A DNA stretch of 64,000 nucleotides from the NCBI GenBank assembly GCA_002168115.1, contig NHCC01000019.1, positions 60,288-124,287 of the forward strand. The letters are read 5' to 3'. The stretch comes from Rhodospirillaceae bacterium TMED23 (GTDB lineage: Bacteria > Pseudomonadota > Alphaproteobacteria > Rhodospirillales > UBA2165). The notes below the pieces were generated by a model. It did no database searches, had not been told where the DNA came from, and saw only the letters and a program-made list of their open reading frames with translations. Both the position numbers and the translations under genes were made by a program. Of the stretch, positions 1 through 11,158 are shown one piece after another; within the stretch, counting starts at the first letter, position 1, and every line of letters starts with the position of its first letter.

Positions 1-363
1 CATCATCGTAACTAATCCATCTACAAAATCTGTTGGAGCATCAAGCATTGGAAGAGCATCCCAACGCAATTGATTTGGCGTTGCAACTTCTTCATCAAAA
101 GGGGTGCTTCGGACTAATCCGCTATCAATTTTCTTGAACGGTTTTTGGACAACCGATGGTCTAATTCTATATAACCATGATCTTAAGTTATCATCTCTTG
201 GAGCGGTGAAAGCAGTCCCGCTCAACAATTCTGAATATAAGCCAAATGGTGCTTTCTGAGGCGAGTTACCGCGCCTAGGTAGAGCTCCTTCTAAAGACTC
301 TGTAGCAAATTCGTTACCAAACCCGCTCTGATAAGACAAATTAATATAATCGGCGCTTTCCAT
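1..363 (-). CDS. hmgA: homogentisate 1,2-dioxygenase, N-terminal 121 codons (gene continues beyond left edge)
   Basis: Minus-strand ATG at 363-361. My translation is [70 protein letters not shown]..., which matches the conserved HmgA N-terminus ([31 protein letters not shown]). The frame is open to position 1. It is absent from the ORF track because it is truncated. Confidence 0.85.
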   Translation of the reverse strand, partial: MESADYINLSYQSGFGNEFATESLEGALPRRGNSPQKAPFGLYSELLSGTAFTAPRDDNLRSWLYRIRPSVVQKPFKKIDSGLVRSTPFDEEVATPNQLRWDALPMLDAPTDFVDGLVTMM

Positions 364-427
364 TTTTTTTCCTTATTTTATCAATATAATAGTTTCATTT
401 GTAACTAATTTCAATTATTATTTTATT

Positions 428-889
428 ATGTCGAATCAAAATTATATTGAGAATGCTCATTTTAAACTAGAGAATTTTATACCCTATCAACTTGCTGTTG
501 TCGCTGAATCAGTTAGTAAAGCATTTTCAAAAACTTATGCTAAGCGATTCGGCATTACGATTGCGCAGTGGAGAGTATTGGCAGCGGTAGGAAGAGAATC
601 TAACTGTACTGCGTCAAGTATTGTCGAACACACGGCTATGGGCAAAGTTCAAGTAAGCCGAGCAGTATCCATACTGATTGATAAAGGCTACATTAAAAGT
701 CGAGTTGACTCTCGTGACCGACGGAATTCAATTCTTGCCTTCACAAATAAAGGACGATCAATCTACATTCAAATAATACCTGCTGGTATAACTTTTGAAC
801 GCGAACTTATAAAAATATTTACCAAAGAGGAAATTCAACAGCTCAATCATTTGCTATCAAAGCTAAATCTGCACTCAAAAAAAAATTAG
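428..889 (+). CDS. MarR family transcriptional regulator
   Basis: 153-aa ORF with a winged-helix MarR pattern (ITIAQWRVLAAV, SIVEHTAMGKVQVSRAVSILIDKGYI, DRRNSILAFTNKG). It is divergent from hmgA across 64 bp. Confidence 0.8.
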   Translation: MSNQNYIENAHFKLENFIPYQLAVVAESVSKAFSKTYAKRFGITIAQWRVLAAVGRESNCTASSIVEHTAMGKVQVSRAVSILIDKGYIKSRVDSRDRRNSILAFTNKGRSIYIQIIPAGITFERELIKIFTKEEIQQLNHLLSKLNLHSKKN

Positions 890-892
890 TAA

Positions 893-1792
893 TCATCCAA
901 TTAGTAATAATATAACGCCGCCAATAATTAAAAATACTCCATATATTTCAAATTTTGAAAACCGCTCTTTAAAAATAATTATCGATGTTAAAAAAGTAAA
1001 AATTATTTCTACTTGGCCTAGAGCTCTAACATACGCTGCATTTTGCAAGGTCATGGCTGTAAACCAACCAACGCTTCCTAGCATACTTGCTAAACCCACT
1101 AACATTGCTCTAGCTCTATTATCCCAAACTTTTGTTATTTGACCTTTTTGCATTGTTAACAAATATATTGTCATCAAAACCGTTTGCAGCAAAAGAGCAA
1201 CCATAAGTGTCGAACCACCAGCTAACAAATAACTTTTAGAATCCATTGATATTGCTGCCGCTCTATAAGAAACAGCAGATAAACCTAATAATGCCGCAGA
1301 AGTTAGTCCATAAACTGCGGTTTTTTCTTTTAAAGAAATGAGTATATTAAGTATTTCTAACTTTGTTCTGATAACGGATAGAAAAAAAACACCAACCAGG
1401 CTAATAACTATTCCAAAGAAAGCCATGAGGGTAATTGTCTCGTTTAGAATAATAATACTAAATAATATAGTTTGAAGGGTTTCCGTCTTTGCATAGGAAG
1501 TCCCAATTGCGAAGCCTCTAATAGCAAAGGCACGGAGTAAAAAAATCATGGCCAAAATTTGCGCAACACCGCCGATACACGAATACAACCAAAAAAAGTT
1601 GCTCCAAGTAACCTCTTCATTAATAAAATATTTTAGAAAACCCCAGTATATAATCGCCAAAGGTAAACCATATACGAATCTAGTATAAGCAGCTCCTTCG
1701 GCCGACAACAGTGTGCTTAGAGATTTCTGCAAACCATTACGGATATTTTGCAAAAACGCGGCTGCAATTGTAAGTATAATCCAAGCGTCCAT
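893..1792 (-). CDS. EamA/DMT family transporter
   Basis: 299-aa ORF, almost entirely hydrophobic helices in two similar halves. This is the typical drug/metabolite transporter topology. Confidence 0.7.
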   Translation of the reverse strand: MDAWIILTIAAAFLQNIRNGLQKSLSTLLSAEGAAYTRFVYGLPLAIIYWGFLKYFINEEVTWSNFFWLYSCIGGVAQILAMIFLLRAFAIRGFAIGTSYAKTETLQTILFSIIILNETITLMAFFGIVISLVGVFFLSVIRTKLEILNILISLKEKTAVYGLTSAALLGLSAVSYRAAAISMDSKSYLLAGGSTLMVALLLQTVLMTIYLLTMQKGQITKVWDNRARAMLVGLASMLGSVGWFTAMTLQNAAYVRALGQVEIIFTFLTSIIIFKERFSKFEIYGVFLIIGGVILLLIG

Positions 1793-2010
1793 AAAATATT
1801 ATCTCATAAATCACGTATAAATATTTTAGAGTAAAGTCTTCAATAAATTAAAAGATTTTGGTGAATAAAAATTCCGAATTTTATCAAGCTGTAGCTAATT
1901 AGACCAAAACATAATCCGAGAAAAATAACTTTAACATGGGACTTCAATTTATTCATAAAGCTCACTTCTTAGTGATCATTGACATAATTCAATCAAGATT
2001 TAATCAATCT

Positions 2011-3159
2011 CTAAACTATTCGCGTCCTGAGATTATATAAATCACTGCAACCCAGCAAAGCTATAGTTCGATCTATTTCGGAGGCTAAAAGATCAATAGC
2101 ATGAGAGACACCAGAATAACCTCCAGCAGCAACAGCAAATAGAAAGGGCCTTCCGGCGAAGACAAAATCAGCACCTAAAGCCAATGCTTTAACTACATCG
2201 GTTCCCCTCCTAATACCGCTGTCAAATAAAATCATCATTTTACCTTTTTCACGAGCTGAAGCCTCTACCACATCTAAGGGCGAGATTGCTGTATCTAGTT
2301 GTCGACCTCCGTGATTTGACAAAATCACACCATCGAGGCCAACCTTGGTTGCTACCTTTACATCTTCAACACTTAAAACGCCTTTTATGATAAGGCGGCC
2401 ACTCCAACGGTCTCTTAGCCATTTTAAATCGTCCCAATCCAAACCATCCCGAATATGCAGCCGTTCCGGAGCACTAAAAGATACAATAGGTATTCCACGG
2501 TTTGGGCCGTAATTTTCTACATGTGGCATTCCCGATGATAAAATTGTTCGAAGAAAAGTTTTAAAAAACCATTTTGGATGACTAATCGCATCGAATATTA
2601 ATCTTCCATTAGGACGCATTGGGTATTCAAACCCATTACGCAACGTAGCTCTTCGATTACCGGGAACTGGAACATCAACTGTTACTACCAGGGTTTGAAT
2701 TCCTGACGAAAAAACGCGATCCGAAAGCGCACCTATTGAGCCTCTATTTGCATCTACATAGGCTTGGAACCAGACATCGGAATTAATATTCACAATCTTT
2801 TCCATTGGCACCAAAGCGCTTCCGCTTATTATATAGGGAATATTCTTGGCTTTCGAGACTTTTGCAAATTGAAGGTCGGCCTCATAACCACACAACGCGC
2901 ACGCTCCCATTGGAGATATTCCAAACGGAGCACTATAAATTTTATTAAATAGTTTCTTTTTTATCGAACGATTTGATACATTTTCTAAAATTCTTGGACT
3001 AAGCCAAATATTGTCAAAGGCTTTTCGATTATTATCACGTGAAAGATTATTTTCTACGCCAACGGAGGCAAATTCCCAAAGCGCACGAGGTAGAATCTCC
3101 TTTGCGTAAACATCAAAATCCTCCAAACACTTAATTTTATTGAGATTATTCGCTAACAA
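2011..3159 (-). CDS. FMN-dependent alpha-hydroxy-acid dehydrogenase (L-lactate/mandelate dehydrogenase-like)
   Basis: 382 aa with family motifs VLSNHGGRQLD and FDSGIRRGTDVVKALALGA. TTG start at 3159. Confidence 0.8.
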   Translation of the reverse strand: MLANNLNKIKCLEDFDVYAKEILPRALWEFASVGVENNLSRDNNRKAFDNIWLSPRILENVSNRSIKKKLFNKIYSAPFGISPMGACALCGYEADLQFAKVSKAKNIPYIISGSALVPMEKIVNINSDVWFQAYVDANRGSIGALSDRVFSSGIQTLVVTVDVPVPGNRRATLRNGFEYPMRPNGRLIFDAISHPKWFFKTFLRTILSSGMPHVENYGPNRGIPIVSFSAPERLHIRDGLDWDDLKWLRDRWSGRLIIKGVLSVEDVKVATKVGLDGVILSNHGGRQLDTAISPLDVVEASAREKGKMMILFDSGIRRGTDVVKALALGADFVFAGRPFLFAVAAGGYSGVSHAIDLLASEIDRTIALLGCSDLYNLRTRIV

Positions 3160-3229
3160 CGGTAACCGCCTCCAATTTATTCTTCATCATTAAGAATTAA
3201 TATCCCAATAATTTTTAAAACTTAAAATT

Positions 3230-4687
3230 TTACTTGCCTACCAGCTTCTGAGCCAATAAATCTCCAACCACCTGAGGATTGGCTTTTCCTTTGCTTGCCT
3301 TCATCATTTGACCTACAAACCAGCCAACGACCTTCGTATTACCATTTCTATACTGCTCGGCTTGCTCTGGATTTTCTTTTATTAAAGAATCTATCATTGC
3401 CTCAATCTCAGTTGAATTTGTTATTTGTTTTAAGCCTCTCTCCTCAACAATCTCCACAGGATCGCTGCCTAATTTGGCCATAATTTCAAATACGTCTTTT
3501 GCTGTCCGACCAGAGATAACCTTATCACTAATTAAATTTATAAGTTTTGCCAAATTCTCCACTGAAACTGGACTTTCAACAATGGTTAAACCCTCTTTCT
3601 TCAGAATCGCAAAAAGCTCATGGATAACCCAGTTTGCGGATAATTTTGGATCTGACACCTCTGCGACTTTTTCGTAAAACTTAGAAATCTCAAAGTCTTC
3701 CACCAAAGTTTCAACATCATCTGCAGTGAGGCCAAAATCATCGATAAAACGCTTTTTCTTAGCGTCTGGCAGCTCTGGTAAGTTTTTCTTAATACCGTCA
3801 ACAAACTCTTGCTCGAGAAAAACTGGCAATAAATCTGGGTCCGGAAAATACCTGTAATCATGCGCTTCTTCTTTGCTCCTCATGCTTCTTGTCTCATCCT
3901 TATTTGGGTCATAAAGACGGGTCTCCTGAACAACTTCTTCACCCTCATCATAAACGCTAATCTGCCGCAATGCCTCATATTCAATAGCCGCCATAACAAA
4001 ACGAATAGAATTTATATTTTTTATTTCAGCCCGTGTTCTGAGGGTTTTCTCACCCACTTCTCTTACACTTACGTTAGCATCACATCTCAAAGATCCTTCT
4101 TCCATATTTCCATCACATGTCCCAAGGTAGCGCAAAATCATTCGTAATTTTTTCACATATTCACCTGCCTCTTGTGGGCTCCTTAGATCCGGTTTTGATA
4201 CGATCTCCATTAGAGCCACACCCGACCTATTCAAATCTATAAAAGTGCGTTTGGGATCCTGATCATGTAATGATTTTCCAGCATCTTGTTCAATATGAAG
4301 ACGCTCAATTCCAATGTTTCGAATGCCATCAGGCATATCTATTGTTAATATACCTTCTCCGACTATAGGCTTTTGAAATTGCGAAATTTGATACCCTTGC
4401 GGCAAATCTGGATAAAAATAATTTTTTCGTTCAAATATGGAATGCAGGTTAATTTTTGCTTTGAGGCCAAGCCCTGTCTTAACAGCCTGTTCTATGCAAA
4501 ACTGATTAATTACTGGAAGCATGCCAGGAAGTGCTGCGTCTACAAGAGATACCTGACTGTTTGGCTCCGCTCCAAATTCCGCAGAAGCACCAGAGAATAA
4601 CTTTGACTTTGCCGTAATTTGAGCATGCACTTCAAGTCCAATAACTACTTCCCACTCGCTTTTATCACCTTCAAGTAAATAAGACAT
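3230..4687 (-). CDS. gatB: Asp-tRNA(Asn)/Glu-tRNA(Gln) amidotransferase subunit B
   Basis: 485 aa with a GatB N-terminus ([13 protein letters not shown]), [14 protein letters not shown] and a C-terminal YqeY-like helical domain. It lies 1 nt downstream of gatA. Confidence 0.95.
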   Translation of the reverse strand: MSYLLEGDKSEWEVVIGLEVHAQITAKSKLFSGASAEFGAEPNSQVSLVDAALPGMLPVINQFCIEQAVKTGLGLKAKINLHSIFERKNYFYPDLPQGYQISQFQKPIVGEGILTIDMPDGIRNIGIERLHIEQDAGKSLHDQDPKRTFIDLNRSGVALMEIVSKPDLRSPQEAGEYVKKLRMILRYLGTCDGNMEEGSLRCDANVSVREVGEKTLRTRAEIKNINSIRFVMAAIEYEALRQISVYDEGEEVVQETRLYDPNKDETRSMRSKEEAHDYRYFPDPDLLPVFLEQEFVDGIKKNLPELPDAKKKRFIDDFGLTADDVETLVEDFEISKFYEKVAEVSDPKLSANWVIHELFAILKKEGLTIVESPVSVENLAKLINLISDKVISGRTAKDVFEIMAKLGSDPVEIVEERGLKQITNSTEIEAMIDSLIKENPEQAEQYRNGNTKVVGWFVGQMMKASKGKANPQVVGDLLAQKLVGK

Positions 4688-4688
4688 T

Positions 4689-6164
4689 TTAAATCCTAAC
4701 CTGCGGCGAATTACCCTTAAAATTAGCGGCCTCTTCCATTACACCCCCAAATCTAAAGAGTGTTTCTTCATCAAAGGGTTTTGCAATTAAATGTAATCCC
4801 AGAGGAAGCCCTTCATTTGACAAACCTGCGGGAATTGACATCGCTGGCAACCCTGCCAAACTCGCTGGCACTGTAAATACATCATTCATATACATTTGTA
4901 TTGGATTATCCATTTTCTCACTAGCCGCAAAAGCTGCTGAGGGTGCCGTAGGCGTCAAAATTATATCAACACTTTTAAAGGCTTCCTGAAAATCCTCTAA
5001 TATTAATGTCCTGAGTTTCATGGCTTTTACATAATATGCATCATAATACCCTGCACTTAACACATGAGTTCCAATCATAATTCGTCTACGCACTTCCTCT
5101 CCAAAACCTGCACCCCTTGTATTTTCATACATATCATTCACCGATTGCCCAGGCTCTCTCAATCCATAGCGCACACCATCATAACGGGCTAGATTTGAGG
5201 ATGCCTCTGCCGGCGCAACTATATAATAAGTTGGCAAAGCATACTTAGTATGGGGTAACGATATCTCAACAGGAATAGCCCCGGCCTGAGTTAACCAATC
5301 ACTGCCCCTTTGCCACAACTGATTAATCTCTCCAGATAGACCATCCAAACGATACTCTTGAGGTATACCCACCCTCAACCCTCTAATATCTGATGTTAAT
5401 GAGGACTCAAAATTAGGGTTCACACTTTTAACTGATGTAGAGTCTTTTGGATCAAACCCGACCATACTTTGCAACATTATTGCTGCGTCACGTACCGATT
5501 TTGTCATTGGGCCCGCCTGGTCAAGAGAAGATGCAAAAGCCACCATTCCCCAGCGAGAACATCTACCATATGTTGGTTTCATGCCCACAATACCGCAAAA
5601 TGAAGCTGGTTGGCGTATTGATCCACCAGTGTCAGATCCAATTGAAGCGATTGCTAAATCAGCGGAAACAGCAGCAGCGGAACCTCCCGATGAGCCACCT
5701 GGAACAAGATCTTCTTTATCCGTTGAAAACCACGCATTTTTTACAGGGCCAAAATAACTGGTAACATTTGCTGAACCCATAGCAAACTCATCCATATTTG
5801 TCTTGCCTAACATAACTGCCCCAGAATTACGAAGATTTTGAGTTACGGTGGATTCATAAGGTGGTATAAAATTTTCTAAAATACGGGATCCTGCGGTAGT
5901 TCCAACGCCCTCAGTACAAAATAGATCCTTTATCGCAATCGGGATGCCATCCATGCTTCCTAGTTCATCCCCTTTTGCTCGCCTGACGTCAGACTCCTCA
6001 GCGCGCTTCAAAGCAATATCCGGTGTTTCAGTAATGAATGCGTTAAGATTTCTGTTAGACTCAATTATTTCAATGTAATTCTTAGTTAACTCCAAAGATG
6101 AATATTCTCGATTTTCCAGCGCTTGCCGGGCTTTGGTTATTGTGACCATATTTTTATTTAGCAT
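4689..6164 (-). CDS. gatA: Asp-tRNA(Asn)/Glu-tRNA(Gln) amidotransferase subunit A
   Basis: 491 aa with the amidase signature [11 protein letters not shown]...[12 protein letters not shown]. The start overlaps the gatC stop (TAATG). Confidence 0.95.
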   Translation of the reverse strand: MLNKNMVTITKARQALENREYSSLELTKNYIEIIESNRNLNAFITETPDIALKRAEESDVRRAKGDELGSMDGIPIAIKDLFCTEGVGTTAGSRILENFIPPYESTVTQNLRNSGAVMLGKTNMDEFAMGSANVTSYFGPVKNAWFSTDKEDLVPGGSSGGSAAAVSADLAIASIGSDTGGSIRQPASFCGIVGMKPTYGRCSRWGMVAFASSLDQAGPMTKSVRDAAIMLQSMVGFDPKDSTSVKSVNPNFESSLTSDIRGLRVGIPQEYRLDGLSGEINQLWQRGSDWLTQAGAIPVEISLPHTKYALPTYYIVAPAEASSNLARYDGVRYGLREPGQSVNDMYENTRGAGFGEEVRRRIMIGTHVLSAGYYDAYYVKAMKLRTLILEDFQEAFKSVDIILTPTAPSAAFAASEKMDNPIQMYMNDVFTVPASLAGLPAMSIPAGLSNEGLPLGLHLIAKPFDEETLFRFGGVMEEAANFKGNSPQVRI

Positions 6165-6454
6165 TACTCAATGACCTTTGGAACGGTAAAAAATTTTCTA
6201 TCATCTTCCGGCATATCTGGAGCATTTTTGAAAATAAGATCGACATTATTTTTATCTGTTATTTTATCTTCTCTGCTCAACATTGCCATTTCGGTAACGC
6301 TTGTCATAGGTATAACTTTCTCAGTGTTGACTTCATTCAATTGTTCAATCCAATCAAATATTTTAGTCAGATCTATTGCGAGATTTTGGGCTTCATCATC
6401 CGAAATTTTGATTCGGGCCAGCTTTGCTGTATTACTTACACTTTTAGTATCCAC
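6164..6454 (-). CDS. gatC: Asp-tRNA(Asn)/Glu-tRNA(Gln) amidotransferase subunit C
   Basis: [25 protein letters not shown]...[17 protein letters not shown] is a typical GatC. The homology-consistent start is the GTG at 6454. The ORF-track start at 6520 would add 22 non-conserved residues. Confidence 0.85.
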   Translation of the reverse strand: MDTKSVSNTAKLARIKISDDEAQNLAIDLTKIFDWIEQLNEVNTEKVIPMTSVTEMAMLSREDKITDKNNVDLIFKNAPDMPEDDRKFFTVPKVIE

Positions 6455-6972
6455 TTCATAAAACTCCAAATTAGCTAGAAAATTTAGAAAAAAGTTAACA
6501 CTGCCCATAACCCACTGCAAGTCACGAGGGTCAATTTATAAACTGAAACGACTAACCCACAAGTTATACACAAATAAATTTTAACTCAGCAAAAAAAACA
6601 CTTACAAAAACTTTATGAACAACTTAAACTAAAATAAATGCTGAATAAAATTCTTTTAAATTTCTTGGTTTTGAATAAAATTTTTATAACTAAGTATTGA
6701 CGAAAATTTCATTTCGCCTACTGTATGTTGTGTTACATTAATATTACAGTAATAATTAATAGTTAGGTTAAGGTGTTTAAAAAATAAACTTAATTGGTTC
6801 GTTTTCTAAAAAAGTAGTGATTATTTAAGGCATTGGACTAAAACGTTAAATCACGTCTCTTTTTTTAGAATAGATGGATTATCTAAGAGTAAGGTTTATA
6901 GATTTAATTACTTGCAAAATGGATCCGCTTTTCTAATCAACTCGTACCAGCAGCACAGGGAGAAGAACAAAT

Positions 6973-8835
6973 ATGGATGGAAATATGCTGGACGCAATCC
7001 AAACCAAAAAAGGTGCCCGTGTAAAAACAGATCCATCAAAGGATAGTAATCTCACCGACTTTGGCAAGGCAGTTTTAGAGGATAGGTACTTACTTTCAGA
7101 CGAAGGCTTTCAGGACTTGTTTGCTCGCGTAGCCAGCACATACGGTGATGATGACGCTCACGCTCAGCGTATTTATGGTTATCTCAGCAACTTGTGGTTT
7201 ATGGCCTCTACTCCTGTTTTAAGCAATGGTGGCGCCAACCGTGGGTTGCCTATTTCATGTTTTTTAAACGAAAGTAATGATAGTTTAGATGGAATAGTCA
7301 ATCTTTGGACAGAAAATGTTTGGTTAGCCTCAAATGGAGGCGGTATTGGAAGTTATTGGGGAAACTTAAGATCAATAGGTGAGAAAGTAGGTCCAGAAGG
7401 AGGGAAAACGTCTGGTGTTATTCCATTTATCCGGGTTATGGACTCCTTAACTTTGGCAATTAGCCAAGGATCACAAAGGAGAGGTTCAGCAGCTGTTTAT
7501 TTACCAATAAATCACCCAGAAATAGAAGAATTTATAGAGATCCGAAGACCAACTGGAGGTGACCCAAATCGCAAAACACCTAATCTTCATCACGGTGTTC
7601 TTGTAAGCGATGCTTTTATGAGGGCTGTTGAAAATGATGAAGAGTGGGGTCTAGTGAGTCCAAAAGATCAGTCTCCCGTGCGACGAGTATCAGCGAGAAG
7701 CTTATGGATACGATTACTTACGGCACGTGTTGAGGTTGGAGAACCTTACATCATTTTTTCAGATACCGTTAACAAAGCTTTACCTGAACACCATAAACTA
7801 GCCGGTTTACAGGTTAAAACTTCAAATCTTTGCAGTGAAATTACATTACCTACTGGTATTGACCATCTAGGCCAAGAGCGTACCGCTGTTTGTTGTCTCT
7901 CATCTCTCAACCTCGAAAAGTATGATGAGTGGAAAGATAATCCAAAATTTATTGAGGATGTTATGAGATTCCTAGATAATGTTCTCCAGGACTTTATCAA
8001 TAGAGCCCCAGATAGCATGAATAAATCAAAATATGCGGCTATGAGGGAAAGGTCGGTTGGCCTTGGAGTGATGGGTTTTCATTCATTTCTTCAATCTAAA
8101 ATGGTTCCATTTGAAAGTGCAATAGCAAAAGCATGGAACTTCAAAATTTTCAAACATATTCAGTTGGGAGTAGATGCAGCATCTCAGATTCTCGGGGAGG
8201 AAAAAGGTGCTTGCCCCGATGCAGCCGACTATGGGATGATAGATAGATTTTCTAACAAAACAGCAATAGCACCCACAGCATCAATATCGATCATTTGTGG
8301 AGGGGCAAGCCCTGGAATTGAGCCAATCAGTGGTAATAGCTATATGCATAAAACTTTATCTGGGTCATTCAATGTCCGCAATCGCCATTTAACTAATCTA
8401 TTAGCCACTAAGGGTCAAAATAGTGAAGAGGTTTGGAGCTCAATAACCGTTAATGAGGGGTCTGTCCAACATTTAGATTTTCTCAATCAAGATGAGAAGG
8501 ACGTCTTTAAAACAGCATTTGAACTTAATCAAAGATGGATCATTGAGTTTGCGGCTGATAGAACGCCTTTTATAGATCAAGCTCAGTCTGTTAATGTATT
8601 TATTCCAGCAGATATCCACAAACGAGACCTCCATCAAATACATTTTTCTGCATGGAAACGAGGTATGAAGAGTTTGTATTATTGTCGCTCAAAATCGGTT
8701 CAAAGAGCTGAAGATGTATCAACCAAAGAGGCGGGTTTTATGGAAGAGGTTTTGGAACGCCAGAAATCAACATTTGCGTCATCCGAAATAACCCAGTCGA
8801 ACACTGATTACGAAGAGTGCTTAGCCTGTCAATAA
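6973..8835 (+). CDS. nrdA: ribonucleoside-diphosphate reductase alpha subunit, short form without ATP-cone
   Basis: 620 aa with the active-site segment SNLCSEI, the C-terminal redox pair CLAC and a glycine-rich STPVLSNGG segment. The protein starts only about 35 aa before the conserved DRYLL segment. Confidence 0.9.
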   Translation: MDGNMLDAIQTKKGARVKTDPSKDSNLTDFGKAVLEDRYLLSDEGFQDLFARVASTYGDDDAHAQRIYGYLSNLWFMASTPVLSNGGANRGLPISCFLNESNDSLDGIVNLWTENVWLASNGGGIGSYWGNLRSIGEKVGPEGGKTSGVIPFIRVMDSLTLAISQGSQRRGSAAVYLPINHPEIEEFIEIRRPTGGDPNRKTPNLHHGVLVSDAFMRAVENDEEWGLVSPKDQSPVRRVSARSLWIRLLTARVEVGEPYIIFSDTVNKALPEHHKLAGLQVKTSNLCSEITLPTGIDHLGQERTAVCCLSSLNLEKYDEWKDNPKFIEDVMRFLDNVLQDFINRAPDSMNKSKYAAMRERSVGLGVMGFHSFLQSKMVPFESAIAKAWNFKIFKHIQLGVDAASQILGEEKGACPDAADYGMIDRFSNKTAIAPTASISIICGGASPGIEPISGNSYMHKTLSGSFNVRNRHLTNLLATKGQNSEEVWSSITVNEGSVQHLDFLNQDEKDVFKTAFELNQRWIIEFAADRTPFIDQAQSVNVFIPADIHKRDLHQIHFSAWKRGMKSLYYCRSKSVQRAEDVSTKEAGFMEEVLERQKSTFASSEITQSNTDYEECLACQ

Positions 8836-8863
8836 TTATTAAAAATATTGGGAATTAAATAAA

Positions 8864-9823
8864 ATGTCACTATTAGAAGCTAATCCAGTTTATAAACCCT
8901 TTTCTTATCCTTGGTGCTATGATGCTTGGCTCACGCAACAACAAGTTCATTGGCTGCCCGAGGAGGTGCCATTGGGTGATGACGTGAAAGACTGGCATAA
9001 TAAGTTAACCCCTTCTGAACAACATTTAATGACCCAAATATTTAGATTTTTTACTCAGTCTGATATAGAGGTCAACAATTGTTACATGAAGAATTATGCA
9101 CAGGTTTTTAAGCCAACGGAAGTGCAGATGATGTTGTCTGCTTTTTCTAATATCGAGACTGTTCATATAGCCGCCTACTCTCACTTATTAGACACTATTG
9201 GAATGCCTGAAACAGAATATTCAGCTTTTTTGCAATATAAAGAAATGAAAGACAAATTCGATTATATGCAGGAGTTTGATGTTAATTCAAAATTTAATAT
9301 TGCAAATACGCTTGCTGTTTTTGGAGCCTTTACTGAGGGGTTACAGCTATTTGCTAGTTTTGCAATGTTACTGAATTTTCCCCGCTTCAATAAAATGAAA
9401 GGAATGGGACAAATCGTTACCTGGTCCGTTAGAGATGAGAGTTTGCATTGCCAATCAGCCATTAAATTATATCACACATTTCTCTCAGAAAATCCAGAAG
9501 TAAAAACACCAAAGTTAGAAAGTAACTTATATGAGGCATGTGAAACAATCATAAGCCATGAAGATGCTTTCATAGATCTGGCTTTTGGATTAGGCCCAGT
9601 GGAGGGCTTAACAGCAAATGATGTTAAATCATATATCCGCTATATAGCGGATAGACGATTATCACAATTAAAACTTAAACCTCTTTACTTAATAGATAAA
9701 CATCCCTTGCCTTGGCTAGATGCAATGTTAAATGCCGTCGAACATGTAAATTTCTTTGAAAACAAAGCCACTGAATACTCAAAGGCCGCCACTCAGGGCA
9801 CATGGGATGAGGCTTTCGCCTAA
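8864..9823 (+). CDS. nrdB: ribonucleoside-diphosphate reductase beta subunit
   Basis: 319 aa with di-metal and tyrosyl-radical motifs IETVHIAAYSH (E..H...Y) and RDESLH. It starts 28 nt after nrdA. Confidence 0.9.
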   Translation: MSLLEANPVYKPFSYPWCYDAWLTQQQVHWLPEEVPLGDDVKDWHNKLTPSEQHLMTQIFRFFTQSDIEVNNCYMKNYAQVFKPTEVQMMLSAFSNIETVHIAAYSHLLDTIGMPETEYSAFLQYKEMKDKFDYMQEFDVNSKFNIANTLAVFGAFTEGLQLFASFAMLLNFPRFNKMKGMGQIVTWSVRDESLHCQSAIKLYHTFLSENPEVKTPKLESNLYEACETIISHEDAFIDLAFGLGPVEGLTANDVKSYIRYIADRRLSQLKLKPLYLIDKHPLPWLDAMLNAVEHVNFFENKATEYSKAATQGTWDEAFA

Positions 9824-9882
9824 TACTAAAGAAAAATATTAGGCAACTTTTTTCTTTTTCAAGAATAATGTATTGGCGGAAG

Positions 9883-10941
9883 TTACAACCTACCAGCAAT
9901 CTCTGGTGAATTTTTTGAGTAACGAAATGCCCTGAAGATCCAATTTACCTTATCACCCATGAACATATCATCAAATTTAGGATTGATAAATTCCCACACC
10001 GTCTCTCCTTCAGGTGTAACCTCAAAAATCCGTCCTGAAGACCCCTCACAGATTAATGTATTTCCAGACTCTAGCCTCTCAGCACCACTGATATGAGGAG
10101 AATAAAAAAATGTACGCGGATCATCTCGATATTCCCATATAGTTTTATTATTTATAGGATTAAATTCGGTTATATATGAATGAGTATGGGGAAAAGCTGT
10201 GTTCATTCCATTAGCAAATAACATGATATTTCCATTCTTTAGCATTTGACAATCATGTTGGTGCCCCCAGTCGTCATCTCGCCTCTCCCATTTAAACTTT
10301 TTTGTAACTCTATCAATAATTGCAACCAGATTTATTTGTCGCATACTTATGAGAATATCCCCATTATCAAGCTGCGATACGGTATTACACCACGCAAATA
10401 CTCGTCGCGGGACCAAAGGATGTAGCTCATAATCCTCAATATTCATATCTGAGTGAGCATGCCATTCCCATACTAGTTCACCGCCTGGTGTCACTTCTTT
10501 TATAAAATCTCCAACAATTCCTTCGGGAGTTTCTGTTCCAGGGATGCCACCCCTAACCTTTTTTGCAGCCTCCGCTGGCATAATCTCCCAACCAGCATAA
10601 AGAATATTTCCATTATCTAATCTTCTTAAATCATGGTGTTGCCAATCATCTCTATACTCAATTAAAATATTATTATCCCAATCAACCTCCCTCATTAGAC
10701 CGCCCTTGGCACCACCTTTAAATGGTGGCCCACCCTCAGTGGTTGCTGCATAAAATAAATTGCCATTCTTTAGCAAGCGCGCGTATCCTCCAGGAGTAGA
10801 GGGTAAATCCCACTCATGCATTACGTCTCCATCCATATTAATTAGTGAAGTTTTTTTATCCCAAAGAGGGGAATATAATGTAAAACCATCTGTAGCTTTC
10901 TCCTTGTTATGAACTCGGACTCCAAATTTGAGTGGACGCAT
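9883..10941 (-). CDS. arylsulfotransferase (ASST)-like beta-propeller family protein
   Basis: 352 aa with repeated blades carrying NGN/NGD motifs (LLKNGNLFY, RLDNGNILY, QLDNGDILI, MLKNGNIML, LESGNTLIC) and HHD/WQHHD. The family assignment is from pattern memory only. Confidence 0.55.
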   Translation of the reverse strand: MRPLKFGVRVHNKEKATDGFTLYSPLWDKKTSLINMDGDVMHEWDLPSTPGGYARLLKNGNLFYAATTEGGPPFKGGAKGGLMREVDWDNNILIEYRDDWQHHDLRRLDNGNILYAGWEIMPAEAAKKVRGGIPGTETPEGIVGDFIKEVTPGGELVWEWHAHSDMNIEDYELHPLVPRRVFAWCNTVSQLDNGDILISMRQINLVAIIDRVTKKFKWERRDDDWGHQHDCQMLKNGNIMLFANGMNTAFPHTHSYITEFNPINNKTIWEYRDDPRTFFYSPHISGAERLESGNTLICEGSSGRIFEVTPEGETVWEFINPKFDDMFMGDKVNWIFRAFRYSKNSPEIAGRL

Positions 10942-11158
10942 TTTAAACTCCCTAAAAATTTATTAATTAAATATTAATTAAAAACCGTAAATTAAGAATA
11001 CTTAATCATGATCAATAATAACGATGATATCCTCAAAGATTATTTGGATAAATACTAAAAATCGATTATGTAAATAAGAAAATATTATATTTCACCTATT
11101 GAAAATTGATAGCTTATAAAAATTATTCTTTATTTTTATGTGAATGAATTGAAGTTTT

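Noticed and set aside
6695-6705. Identical 11-mer TATTGACGAAA upstream of both nrdA (6695) and topA (14743), possibly a shared extended -35 element
   Set aside because: For 64 kb, hundreds of repeated 11-mers are expected by chance (about N squared/2 divided by 4^11). It probably just reflects TTGAC-type -35 boxes in AT-rich DNA.
6719-6751. Possible NrdR boxes or a cobalamin riboswitch upstream of nrdA
   Set aside because: TACTGTA...TACAGTA and ACATTAATATTACAGT match the NrdR consensus (acaCwAtATaTwGtgt) poorly. No B12-box-like core was seen. A GTGATT/AATCAC stem before a T-run near 6810-6870 has only 6 bp with a 25-nt loop.
9827-9856. Hairpin AAAGAAAAA-N12-TTTTTCTTT between convergent nrdB and the ASST-like gene, as a bidirectional terminator
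   Set aside because: The 9-bp stem has eight A-T pairs and low predicted stability. Such structures arise easily in AT-rich spacers.
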